DNA of 64,000 nucleotides from an uncultured bacterium. Its GTDB lineage: Bacteria > Oederibacteriota > CAKKQC01. The notes beneath the pieces are model-generated. The model saw nothing but the letters and a program-made list of their open reading frames with translations, was not told the origin of the DNA and made no database searches. The position numbers and the translations under genes were made by a program. Positions within the stretch are counted from its first letter, which is position 1; every line of letters begins with the position of its first letter. Positions 20,601-25,421 of the stretch are shown here, one piece after another. The stretch lies in the NCBI GenBank assembly GCA_964400385.1, contig CAYNUZ010000001.1, forward strand, positions 62-64,061, read 5' to 3'.

Positions 20601-21199
20601 GTTGCGTCAACCGCGATGGTCCCGGTCCAAGTGTCGTCCGGCGGAACTCCCGACGACGGCGCCAAGGAAAGGATGGGCAGCTGGGTTCCGTCGTCATCGT
20701 TGACGAGGCTGGCCTCAACATTCCCGACGGGCTCGCTGAAGGTGAACGTCATGACGACCGGCAAGGGTGACCGGACCGAATCCTTCGGAGTCCCAGCCTT
20801 GGTGGTGGTGAATGCGAAGGCGCGAGGGGAACCGCCGACCACCGGAACCCATTCCCCGTAGGCTACGAGCCGCCCTCCCGCGGTTCCCTCCACCTTCTTG
20901 AGAATCGGCGGAAAATTGTCGACGACAAACCTGACCACGCGATTCGGACCGGGGTCGATCGGTAACGTGCTCGGATCCGCATCCATATGAATCGTTCCGC
21001 TGTCCGCGGAAATTTCGAGATGATGAATCCCGTCTTCCAATTGTGTCGTATCGAGCAGACCCTGGAAAGCCGTTCCGGACGGACTTACCACGACGGGGAT
21101 CGGCACCGGCGGTCCGCTGGCCGCCGCGACAGTAATAGTCGGGGTGGGCGCTGTGGGACCATCGATCAGCTCGCCTTCGATCGATGTGCTCTTGCGCAA
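2639..21199 (-). CDS. Giant (about 6186 aa) extracellular/surface repeat protein: multiple PQQ-like beta-propeller blocks, Ig-like and FN3-like modules, Cys-rich module, C-terminal FlgD-like Ig domain plus Gly/Ser/His-rich tail
   Basis: Single uninterrupted 18.6-kb ORF. Repeated propeller-blade-like segments (e.g. GTILWSRTVVGHIG, GQVRWTETLFADAV, GVEKWRNADFACTRV, GTSLWQRSIGNVV, GTLQWSRTIGTDPF); FN3-like (PPVSNLFTRVVTHSVIRLDWVSPSS). C-terminal block ...VRIAVVEEGSNRRVWMTDDAA...WHEIAWDGHNEQGVSVAPGKYDALFMA... resembles the FlgD Ig-like domain and is followed by low-complexity GGSG.../NGNGNNHH tail. The annotated start is a non-ATG (TTG) codon with no obvious signal peptide, so the true start is uncertain. 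Confidence 0.8.
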   Translation of the reverse strand: MRKSTSIEGELIDGPTAPTPTITVAAASGPPVPIPVVVSPSGTAFQGLLDTTQLEDGIHHLEISADSGTIHMDADPSTLPIDPGPNRVVRFVVDNFPPILKKVEGTAGGRLVAYGEWVPVVGGSPRAFAFTTTKAGTPKDSVRSPLPVVMTFTFSEPVGNVEASLVNDDDGTQLPILSLAPSSGVPPDDTWTGTIAVDATLNGGNHFHVTATDTAGHVLDTLGDSETTGAVQGFVNGDTGSCVACQPGQDEHHTLSVNIVSKGSVPGEALPGTAFTPPGFRFGHLDLNLDISLKADLDYLKTFSGINLRFRGYVPWHLVFPKIPSGMHDMFSGILSGRGIDTNLCGVSTDKDPKIVKDDLRNRLNDISAQRAAMGLSGHVTALRAKLMAFGDQTTPVNDLLTDPAESVGGFVGHLLYNNSPLGDPGLQQVLRDGEDLMIAFENLSEAYSIIDAYLAVVSGLDGEFWAIPDELFSSATYLLEHSEDVLKCEAYTYADQVSSSASGLFNKLPGGSQYKGLVLNALGNGTTCLLGERPQDCGILDGYLTLRALYHDTEDRVNRLRSLPAHIRSVSILQSDDTTSNNKNFTMDSAAVATHQVLTALQLATPFIDHLFQFLAFYDALTETGKGNFSALLGAQSGVASGLISRFTGSGGVVHQQTLGTGDRISSLGDAAAGLPLLGSSGDAFGSFAYRGAAHQAGGQIMELLDPPPVLTITHPADGGVIGYNTNRAILTLEGHVSDYLPHLVKISAQADDGQVFEAALDLDTITTDEDGSTGNAFFRIKMPLPHGGLHLVKVTAANAAGHEVSQTLHVYVDGTQFPHRDSVARATTSYTWRATGAQSTFGTGRLTYLAAAPGELPSDLVTVPATVAGNILKAFTSDNQPHPDVAFVDPATGLEIGSVPFPAFGSPTTSFLVQLRPHYQGAMFLTMIGNGDSLGFQKARLEFRGLEGPDQPGAGDFIDPGHTIAEFTTPVPGAIVRRMAEWKTSPLELAGRYALRMRMTDNHLPPLAGGAPFAYTKGPFRPSATIYQEHLAGFSGLQEVDQEAFFLGVPIDPAETNPTIVSDPYDKLEVQFSGGASNPDAGIRYVNVYSIGGPPASPLSSEMQTIGPLWDVMPRLGVGDFAQNQGARLTVHYAHRDLDLNLGLFGTSIGDVVHREAILEENLGLYEEITSHSETLGAVANTPTGVRAVGDRVLITTELQPGGFTFFAETNDLTSRFLALPANSAPLLSPPPFSSPLIFSPELASSGRPLAHVFVSVKTGASPRVFVDAEVLDASSGRRVAVLAQGIEQGVSATLAYIGDSATADEDSRIDPVTGVVDTTGFQKRYFFVAATPIALAWDGRGEREDGSIGYVGDGLYTVRLRVMDIAGNIARADVVVIKGKFPPHISALGNHPATGTPLLDASVDGQAIAIVGTASNPAGFSGYRIAIRPLSVTYFAPSDYLPLPTTPLQYFGADPTTAVIQVTGDRLADLPVGSLKDGMYEVGVFLVDATGGVIDQDTARFQIANPAGFYNFTASPTPFGATTQLSVARSDSTAIHIDVTATCSGVPITPVVLTAVKDSDPSAVWRATFDPAALGLPGDCTYHAQAFSTAPVLASTTCQVDAAYVVSNGFLTAQISAPSGGSIVSGQVEIDGTATAGIPEALNGYTLSYWTNTNPTPVVLVTARRSVVASALGALDVSVLDASTVTVTLSVTGQSGQVNAQSVTWTIPYSARLAVSPVQILPGDPLKGVSAMTYGVSRASTNVLMEIVDGCNAVISTLASSPTFAAGSAAAAWDGTDTGGAVVPAGAYTARLTAISGLSTTQLLVSLTVLGAAGSTVTSSFDSAELDGTPTPYFEMPVTGAGAYDAPYLVRPRAMATGTEQWVNHPGVLRYAGGAPLGDCINIFGPLGARTVDECEGGDGGIPCGTAQSCLDALYVAPFNLIASVSVFTGCGGCSAPENEGPADAVYGISGLFSQYVIETGCGGKGELIDTKYNQTLTLHACATGDGCHHGTSHVQGNIVAPGFTPFCVQYTALPSIGMLSPQLLYAHRAISRPFELRMTPDHTLHFDSFSQPHAPGQCIGGVVCQHVDEPQEGTVFRVNPPAGMNSATLTAPTFGFGGVGGFSAVATGLAEVAIKNNYTDLVTLDGFTSHAWGSIDRLLTGTVTTRLTPGSLSALEFLWTLSGSFDESKPVNILFPFMNVTSPGSNVQVKDSFVLDRTEPLFWQSSGGSGAVSITGPGMALTGMSGTFLAQSGAEYTVAVQSPAAAGIDVGVVTEPGAIGPLATPYAPSLGGAQIKLSTSTTTGTRFVFSIQGFPEAPVPIPLTLTIAGNAYLTISGTTFQGALVTTTFTHSIHTYVQLKPGRYRIKAARTTSGSVHATLATYGALATVRYGLAVAGPGSATVSLDPHQLLVYWARTGSSLFRVIRSTGSTLFDSSGSGGAPEGSFFGFPGNYTVVVTGSGQVNLAYGRDFPVSITRTHLAFQNSGLAVASPTPSTFHAFAIPQPLFGGTIGNINLVPPVPPASYAETAAVSTTLLSAAVSATGIEATIAAQLILDKRRWSITGDTMRDNLVKWNKPNRVNIFERLQELHPQAQRPFPSDAGSFFAGEGPATTPHTSTWYIGGIVYPQTATPDPDIVIATVDAAFGSSIFTDATPFAVQTDHLTSPSLNYQEGYGGGESYQQQLADQVITRLRDPSPVPYAAHVFVKITGTAKFLPGGSYTLEAKLGSGGSSAPLVPIKTSTVSIESGILGYWDVTGLQPGAYTLVLTVVDASGNAKVMSIPAKVGHRISDKGGFATDAYEEVFLQFAPGALTAGNEKLISIRQLDPLAVPLFANNQVPVGLIFDFHAAAGSVETGLSKNDFVQDAGHNVILPASLMVHYDPRQLPSGIPEGLMNLFRLSRSGGVEHVEVVGALVDTTNKLILSEISEFSTYEVMPDPTPPRFKIQAAPDPSGVGDVRIFLESTKTLSGPPVLTVTPPAPRVAGTLSGVAPVLVPMLNGTIAVVGEPALYSALHLERVTVASGTTVVPSAEAWPGTPITIGTMHFLVEQVILEPSPTGDRTHVLLQTLSGAEVTDGRAAGIQPGMTWAAVFPTLGIVTGTIVGIGDVTQVQTSPLTLRQFSPGEPLNLPPAGWFTNRKIVIGTSTYFIDDARINGNSVVGGSFQVVVRDGSGQIVVDPAHSGFSVGQAWTIFRPSNTFVATYTVDPAHPVGTVFIDAVGADLLGTKGQGQGSFYVDPGLTALKIRVAPARVSPGEGIDLFVSAGALIGKPTVAVKFPGLPTTTSVELIADVVPGTREASGSFFATIGVPTNSISGTSTVFVTATIGALVKTVSATFVVDAGAPRLTLTVHPNPVGLGPLVVDVASSEPLDALTGSLTDRFGVHLPVEFSATAALDGQSQFEATVFLGSGSLADGPALLHLLGADRVGNTGAVDAIVQVDLTPPPPVSNLFTRVVTHSVIRLDWVSPSSTDVEGILVSRDDIPLTGTGLVPSTALFVDQGLVYGQKYSYQVVTRDRVGNQSVMARADRWLDVDPPTTTLVFGAHMVTATPIAVGDLALFVSPSTTLGFSASDTGSGIVTETDFREGTTGRLLPFTETFTGAVLNLRHLLSWQSVDIAGNSERIRSATIIVDSRPPVLAFTIGQPSYVGPSQPQAPMSLPPATATLTEADFVFSATSQGIPLPLDGLLSATSFDPALIAQGAGIAVLNIGINGVFIGPSTQVSYGYGDGFEGSGFDHAFYRIDDEPIQPFPAAITPGLGRAEGTYTIKIFGCDRVGNCSDETNFGRGRQLRFTIDLTPPGLATAFFNPQPLASADGHTYVFDDTDITMTATDSGGDQGKIPSGVRFFDWRVDDEVGFRRVPADAIVHLAEHAYGEHVLHIRAVDGVGNAGPERDYGPYFITTHDWPRYSFSNARTSAPEFEPVSPPYRLDWSASTTANNTGGPVLVAHGRVYTETQLPQPVIRGPGVVTCISARNFLLHARDVDTGTILWSRTVVGHIGIRGMTYEHERLVITGFGLLECPCSCVTFSDRLQGYRADTGAFAWTLTLGGGIKLSPPMAAGQSAIGASTGELAYVVRQRFLGPGGSDALAVEMTTGQVRWTETLFADAVDEHFTSRGAPSVRDHLVVVGTKNGVMALDAMTGVEKWRNADFACTRVPTIGEDLIVVPALSGTTTGILALNLADGGFRWFSRIISSPPSLGVQIHSASAIDSARRVYTFVRVSSHTLIYVLDGTDGHFLWAAPADSTEAPPIVHGDVYVTDILNNGDRRPAVLRQATVSSTFGVEVWRGTDSNTGSPLMVARHRLFAFRSTTNLAGTVAYSNNTPVAFRITVMPPLVAGVTFSQTVTAMDLTGRQVLSYLGTVTFTSTDQFANLPAATSLTGANGGLRRFATSTVYVTGTTTITVTDTGGLAGSVTVTVLPHPPVDVVAEGGAERTTVNWNLPALPLDTVVGYRLFRATGAAGPFAFIAAPSGRSATLYVDLGVADFATYYYRVTAVESHGLESPPSLVAPVTVFPGPQTPTLLVATGVSGGVSLGWTIANDGSFPVSGYDVFRKSGDSPFMPIARLSGASTIAFVDDTVEEGASYAYIVRARDDHGQWSEPSNGSSAAALVETNWRHIQREVSHQGNAKSEVFYFQPTRKWGTTAGAYIAGAIMGTHLYRQTAGGVVQAVDLASGTSLWQRSIGNVVAPPVTLWPAIQNDLVFVTNGSSLMALDGVGNVSTGTTTAVWSVTLTPPTGVGPGSATPTAAPRVGPTVGGGVVYIGMGGHVFAVEIATHRVLWSATLAGTAAADRIFPPIVSGESVIFLTERGLFYAFGTGDYDLRTRWGSLHAQMNLGVTGLTAAPSLAGANVIIPAGSHLMAIRASDGMGVWSISQPGVTFPAEVAIANGRIYAVGGTDGALRVYAADTGALQSTADVTLPGQYTAAKSFSAPAVADTRLFYTASLLPVGKTQYEGHLVGFELGSVGGTPALTYVSSENVAETNAAPSISQLNIVTGNTAFGIKQAVRLVIEVPANAAVNEPITMVIRALTVDGAQDLHFIGTIALTYSDPQAQMPPFVSITSGGGTFGGRLFKTGTVTISGFVVDRPGINGSTTLSVHPSTGQASQLVVQAPASAPPAIGFSVTVTAEDQFNNVISNFGGTVAFTSSDPLGRFPVPYAFSKTDAGIHRFSATLFTGGPQVITARDTSTATGPQGQATVNVFVPFVNSPADVVATCGLAGTVMLTWSPQGASLPLSGYFIYRSVAGGGLTLASFVRDGASTAYTDVIADEFVQHDYGVQAEDIAGHVSATSMIAGCVVNAPADWPMSSYWGARRAFSPIATPQPPLELKWKQYGSEGGVIFGTGGAAVAGGRMYQVMGQYFQQLDFASGEVLHFSRFEDSGGLEVEGTNFTGPAVFGNTVVIGVVNVNFVFPQILHSPWAIRGYDTETLALNWTSHDRFGSQVAIGGYSQIAGSGGLVYAGQNNILAAFSLTDGLLAWTKTLGTTGGTPVIDNNTVVGGPITGNGRVYATFGNGRLFSLDAVTGTLQWSRTIGTDPFGHTFQPALVGGQVVVGSSVGILIFDGTSGVETSRVLLAVPDPDARPLAYSPVIDGQNHMYFFSGGAAGSGIPDRLHAYDLTAALTGGGATPLWERDDLTASHLSGANGLIAAFQSDTQVADGLGGMVLVSTADGSTVQKLDRVPSNFERSRFPNAPPAMVGTSIGVSGVDIGRLGFGPGVLPVTDLAAVGGVGTIDLGWSKPVDQTFPVSQFWIFRSDVPGGFTLGTRIATVTTTYFTDTADTGLVPGPTFYYVVRAEDAVGNLSVPSNIASATDPMLVAISSPGDDASVEGRVNVRGTVSGRRLGLWRLQAAVVGSTMWATIAGSSSQVVDSMLGTWDATHVLHGKYVVRLTATGTGGEVVTREVHVVVGAGSPRALIASPGRGETVRGVVVVSGTAWAAPFGSYALGFATIPPLAAISPIGVSDQPVLGGDLGLWDTSNLPSGPYRLRLVVGDSAGLATEVSTTVFVDGQMDALLITASAEPAAFQVDQGGTTLRYRLRLPATVRIAVVEEGSNRRVWMTDDAAPGGPGHSPGWHEIAWDGHNEQGVSVAPGKYDALFMASDGVRTESRLVHLQALGNETLVGGSGPVRLSGAGSPGGQSVVAAGSANAGGGPQSAASGGGNGGSSVSGGGSPSGDSHDNGWHNGNNPNDFVINHDDKSNGNGNNHH

Positions 21200-21257
21200 G
21201 ATGGCATCGCCGGGCGGATCCTGGACAAGATCCCATGTTCCCTTCGCCAGGTTGCAG

Positions 21258-22973
21258 TCATAGGATGTCGGGTCCTGGTTCGTAACCCGAGAACCATGTC
21301 GCGCCAGGAACGGAACAGGCCATCGAGGCAGGATTGGAATCCAGCACGAGAAGATTGTTTTCTTTATTGACGGAGTTGATCAGGAGTCTGACTTGGTGCC
21401 CCTTGAGCCTCGCATTCACCAGTCCGGGATTGAGGATCGCAAACCACAGGGCGGCCCCCTTGTTCTTGTTCGGCAAACTACGAAAGAGAGAATCATCGGG
21501 CGATCCACCATGTCCGGCGGATTTCGTTTCGGTCACTTCCGAAAAGATGTAGACCGTCCCACCCAAATCGGTCCAGAGGTTCAAGGGGATTGCAGTGTCT
21601 GTCAAAGAGAACTGCACCATGCCCCGTGTCGCCGCACTATCATTGGGCAGCTGCGTCCCCCCCACATCTTCGTTAAAAAACGCCGCCACACCAAGGGGCT
21701 GGTCGAATGGGGCACACCCGCGTACTTCTCGGTCCAGGAACCGGGTGGTCGAAGCCGGGGCTGCCGGGTTCACCGCTCCCCTGAGCCAAGCACTCCGCAT
21801 GATGAGGGCCGCAGGCTCGGGCGCTCCAGCATGAGGATTTGAAAGGTTGTTGGCCGAACTCCCAAGTATTGATGGACCAGAAGTATTTCCAAAGAAAAAG
21901 AGATTACGACGTGCATTGTTCGTCGTGGCCGCCTGAAAACTTGCGACCAGCGAGTCTTTGACTGAGCTGATTTCCACCCCCTGAACCATTGGGGGGATGA
22001 AGTGAAAGTAGTGCTCAAGTATCTGCGTCGCAGACAGTCCTTGCGCCGCAAGGGCGATGAGTCCCTTTTGACTAAGACCTATTTGATTGGTCCGATTGTC
22101 ACCCCCCGGCTTTCGGAGCCCAGTTGCAGCATCAAGGGGGTAGATTGGGCTTGCGTATTCTGGGCTCGGCTCCACTCGGTCCTGTGCGACCCATCCTCCC
22201 CCACCTGTGACGTTACAGTCTGCACTAAGTCCCTGGGATGTCACATCGACGAACGGCAGGGAGACCGGCTGGTCATCACCGCGAGTTGCCACTGGGAAAC
22301 TCGCCGTCTGAAATGGAGAATTGGGGTCTCCAAATATGAATTTCCATGCGACATCCGTAAATGCCCCATCACTTCCCGGCAAGATAGGATCACCAAAGAC
22401 AAAATGCTCTCCCGATCCGGTTCTGGGACTCCCGCTTGAATCCTGGAACGCCGCAAGGACAAGAGGAATTGCTCCCGCCCCCTCCACGACAAGAGCTGAT
22501 TGCCCGCCTGGGAGGGAAACGATCGGCGGAGGTGTCGCTCCGGGATTCCCGGTCCCCGCCATCAAAGAGAGCAATTCATTCAGCTCGGCGCGTTCCTGTG
22601 CTTGAAACGCCTCCCGCCGCCTCGCGTCACGAACATTTACGGGGATGATCGAGGTCGGAATCCTCTGAGCGACGTCAATTTCGCCGAGAGCGACCGAGGC
22701 CAGGAACTGACGCATCGTCATGACAATAGATCCGTTAAATTTTGTCAGACTTGGCCGCCCGGACTCCTTTTCACTCGGATTCGTGGAGCCCAAATAAGCC
22801 ATGAACGGCTGGACTTTGACAAATGCCGGCATCGTCAAGATCGAACCGCCCGTCTTCGTCAGCGTGGTTGAAGGATGAGAGAACTGCAGGCGAGAAGACG
22901 CAAGCGCACTGGACGACCAGAAACTAAGGAACAGCACTGCGAAGCCGCGAGATCCTGACATCGGTCTTGGCAC
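21258..22973 (-). CDS. Secreted protein with SpoIID/LytB-like C-terminal motif
   Basis: N-terminal signal peptide (MSGSRGFAVLFLSFWSSSALASS). Motif NQIGLSQKGLIALAAQGLSATQILEHYF matches the conserved G-x-S-Q-x-G-A...IL-x-h-Y-Y signature of the SpoIID/LytB domain. The rest is unassigned. Confidence 0.5.
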   Translation of the reverse strand: MPRPMSGSRGFAVLFLSFWSSSALASSRLQFSHPSTTLTKTGGSILTMPAFVKVQPFMAYLGSTNPSEKESGRPSLTKFNGSIVMTMRQFLASVALGEIDVAQRIPTSIIPVNVRDARRREAFQAQERAELNELLSLMAGTGNPGATPPPIVSLPGGQSALVVEGAGAIPLVLAAFQDSSGSPRTGSGEHFVFGDPILPGSDGAFTDVAWKFIFGDPNSPFQTASFPVATRGDDQPVSLPFVDVTSQGLSADCNVTGGGGWVAQDRVEPSPEYASPIYPLDAATGLRKPGGDNRTNQIGLSQKGLIALAAQGLSATQILEHYFHFIPPMVQGVEISSVKDSLVASFQAATTNNARRNLFFFGNTSGPSILGSSANNLSNPHAGAPEPAALIMRSAWLRGAVNPAAPASTTRFLDREVRGCAPFDQPLGVAAFFNEDVGGTQLPNDSAATRGMVQFSLTDTAIPLNLWTDLGGTVYIFSEVTETKSAGHGGSPDDSLFRSLPNKNKGAALWFAILNPGLVNARLKGHQVRLLINSVNKENNLLVLDSNPASMACSVPGATWFSGYEPGPDIL

Positions 22974-22992
22974 GGATTCGAATTACCCCTCG

Positions 22993-24303
22993 CTACTTGA
23001 TGTGAACCCAGCGCTCAATATAGTCTCCGTTGGGAGATCGGACATAGAGTTCATCTCCAACGGGAATGCCGCCAACCTCAGGCGGCAGAATAACCCAGCA
23101 GCGAAGCTTATCGTGCTTGTCGTAGAAGGCATAGGCACCCCGGCCGCGCTCGGCCTTGATCGCCTTATCGTCGAGGATCGCCCAGGAGAGGTTATGCGGA
23201 TTCATGATCGAAACATCCAACACGATTTCCCCATTCGGGCCGATCTGGACCAGTTCAGCGTTCAGATTCAGATATGAATGCGCTGGATGGTCCACGTCTG
23301 GCAGATCCGGTCGGAACCAAGGCAAATTGTCGACACGTAAATGTCTCCCTGCCAAGGCCTTGGTTCGGTGCACTCGCCTCGCATGGATTTCGGCGCCATC
23401 AGGATGGTTGAAGTCAGGATCCTGGACCTTCAATTTGACCAACCCTTGCTTCACGTTGTCATCGCTATACTCCGCTATCAGGTCATCCAACGTCAGAAAG
23501 TCATCTGGATTTGCGGTCGAGCTGGGTTTGACCCTCGCGACCAGCTTTCCCTGATATCCTCCCGATATCTCTCCTGCAATCGTTCCGTCGTGGATGGCCA
23601 ATCTGATTCGCCCCAATCCATTTGGAAATCTGGTCTGTGCATCAAGGATTTGCTGCCAAGACCACCTTCCGATTTCCCTTCCATTCTGATCGAATCCGAT
23701 GATCTCGGGTCGCGCATGAGCGGGGAACATGGGAGAAGTTCCACCAGGAACCACGTACAGATTCTTGTTCTCGGCCACGAGCAGATATCCAAGTCCCGTC
23801 GGCAGGGTTCGGCTCCATGACACTCCGTCGATCAGCCGTCGGCACGTCAAAACGAGAACAGGAAGCTCGCCTGCGTCACGATTCCGCTCGACCTGCCCGA
23901 GGTAGGCAATGCTGTCCCCCAAAGAAACCAGCGACTCCACGTCGGCACCTCTCGGAATCGGATAGCGTGTCAGCGGAACCAATGGCTCCGGCCCGCCGCT
24001 TTGCGGCAGCCCCAAGTCGTCCAACCAGGCAATCCTTGGATCCAAGTCCGCTGGACGTCCGGTGCCCGTCCGTGAGGGACCGATTGACGCCGTCCACGGA
24101 TCGGGCCTCGGCGCACTCCTCCCTGTCGAGGATCGTGAGAGCGGCACTGTCTTCAATGAAAGCTTCGGCGCTGGCTTGACCGATCCGGTTGAGGTGCGGC
24201 TCGCAGCCGACCATGCGGAACCCGCAACGACCAATCCGACAGCGAGGATCCGCCCACTCAGGTGACGCATTCCAGCCTCCCTGTCAATCAGTTTCAATTT
24301 CAA
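22993..24303 (-). CDS. Hypothetical secreted protein (signal peptide), function unknown
   Basis: ORF of 436 aa; probable start at internal Met (MRHLSGRILAVGLVVAGSAWSAAS) with signal-peptide character; no recognisable catalytic motif. Confidence 0.45.
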   Translation of the reverse strand: MKLKLIDREAGMRHLSGRILAVGLVVAGSAWSAASRTSTGSVKPAPKLSLKTVPLSRSSTGRSAPRPDPWTASIGPSRTGTGRPADLDPRIAWLDDLGLPQSGGPEPLVPLTRYPIPRGADVESLVSLGDSIAYLGQVERNRDAGELPVLVLTCRRLIDGVSWSRTLPTGLGYLLVAENKNLYVVPGGTSPMFPAHARPEIIGFDQNGREIGRWSWQQILDAQTRFPNGLGRIRLAIHDGTIAGEISGGYQGKLVARVKPSSTANPDDFLTLDDLIAEYSDDNVKQGLVKLKVQDPDFNHPDGAEIHARRVHRTKALAGRHLRVDNLPWFRPDLPDVDHPAHSYLNLNAELVQIGPNGEIVLDVSIMNPHNLSWAILDDKAIKAERGRGAYAFYDKHDKLRCWVILPPEVGGIPVGDELYVRSPNGDYIERWVHIK

Positions 24304-25057
24304 CGCTCGTATGCTTAGTGTGCTTCACGATTTTCCCCGTGGGAGCAAACGCCTCGGTTTCCGTCTCATCGGGAAAATCGACTCCATCGTGTCTCCCGAT
24401 ACTCTTCACGGTCGTCCGAGACACGCAATCTCCCTTCTCGTTGTAGTGCTCGATGATGAGCGGCTGTCCGGTTGAGGCATCAACTGTTTCTTCCCGTCGG
24501 GCATACAGCTTGGCTTTCCCCTTTGGAACGAAGACCAAACCCTTCCTTGTTCCGAACAGATTGTCCCTCCCCTTTGCCCGCTGAATATCGAAACGTTGCC
24601 GCTCGGTCGAGGCATCGCCACCCTGGCGCTCAGAGAGCTGATCAAAGAACTCCTGTGCATTGGCAGGAAGAGTGCGGGACACCCACTGTCCATTCCGGGC
24701 AAGGAAGCTGAAGTGACCACTTTCGACCCTAAAATGCATCGGAATGGGATCAACCAACTCCACGTCGGCATCCATGCGATGCAAGGGGTCAGGATGCTCC
24801 CGGTTCTGCACGAGGAGCGTGTAGCGCATGTGGCTTGTCGTCGTGTGCCGTGGATTCCCATTTCGGGCAGGCCGATCGATGGTTGACTCAACTTCCGCAT
24901 GAATCCGCTTGACGTGGGCCATATTCTGGTGCCGCTTGGCGAGCAAATCATCCACCTCGTCCGCGCTGGCCCCGGCGGAGGCGAGGAGCAGGATGAAGGT
25001 GGCGCCCGCGATGCGGGCGACCTTCGCCCAGCAATCCATCAGAGCCCCCCCCGGCAC
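24284..25057 (-). CDS. Hypothetical secreted protein (possible LolA-like / lipoprotein-carrier-like fold), function unknown
   Basis: 257-aa ORF; likely start at MDCWAKVARIAGATFILLLASAGASA (about 25039) with signal peptide; 20-nt overlap with the downstream gene suggests co-transcription. Confidence 0.4.
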   Translation of the reverse strand: MPGGALMDCWAKVARIAGATFILLLASAGASADEVDDLLAKRHQNMAHVKRIHAEVESTIDRPARNGNPRHTTTSHMRYTLLVQNREHPDPLHRMDADVELVDPIPMHFRVESGHFSFLARNGQWVSRTLPANAQEFFDQLSERQGGDASTERQRFDIQRAKGRDNLFGTRKGLVFVPKGKAKLYARREETVDASTGQPLIIEHYNEKGDCVSRTTVKSIGRHDGVDFPDETETEAFAPTGKIVKHTKHTSVEIETD

Positions 25058-25421
25058 ATGGGCGCAAAGCTAACACGCGGAACGCTGCACCGTCAAGGCC
25101 GGGAATGTTGAAGATATTGCTCTTGCGAGTCTCCATTGGTTCATAGACAGACGCTGCTAGTGCAAGGGGTGTGCCATGTAGTGGAGGTGAAAAAAGCTTT
25201 CAGGAGAGGGTGGAGGCTGTCGAGGGTGCGGTGCAATCACGACACCCCTGCGGCGAAGTCGCCGCACTTGGGAGCTGAGGGAAACGCCCGATTCGCCTGC
25301 CGGTTGGTCGCCTCGGGCCCTAAGTTTGGCTCTTACGCGATCCCCGGCGTCCTTATCCTGCGCTGGAAAAGCCTCGTCCAGCCCCCGGGGCAGAATCGAA
25401 CACGAGAAAGTCCGGCCGCGA

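Noticed and set aside
2649-21370. Dozens of 60-560-aa ORFs on both strands inside the giant gene (e.g. 18104..19780, 12206..12931, 5756..6556, 20715..21236, 20987..21370)
   Set aside because: All overlap the single uninterrupted 18.6-kb minus-strand ORF. Their products are low-complexity Arg/Gly/Pro-rich with no motifs; they are spurious ORFs expected at this GC content.
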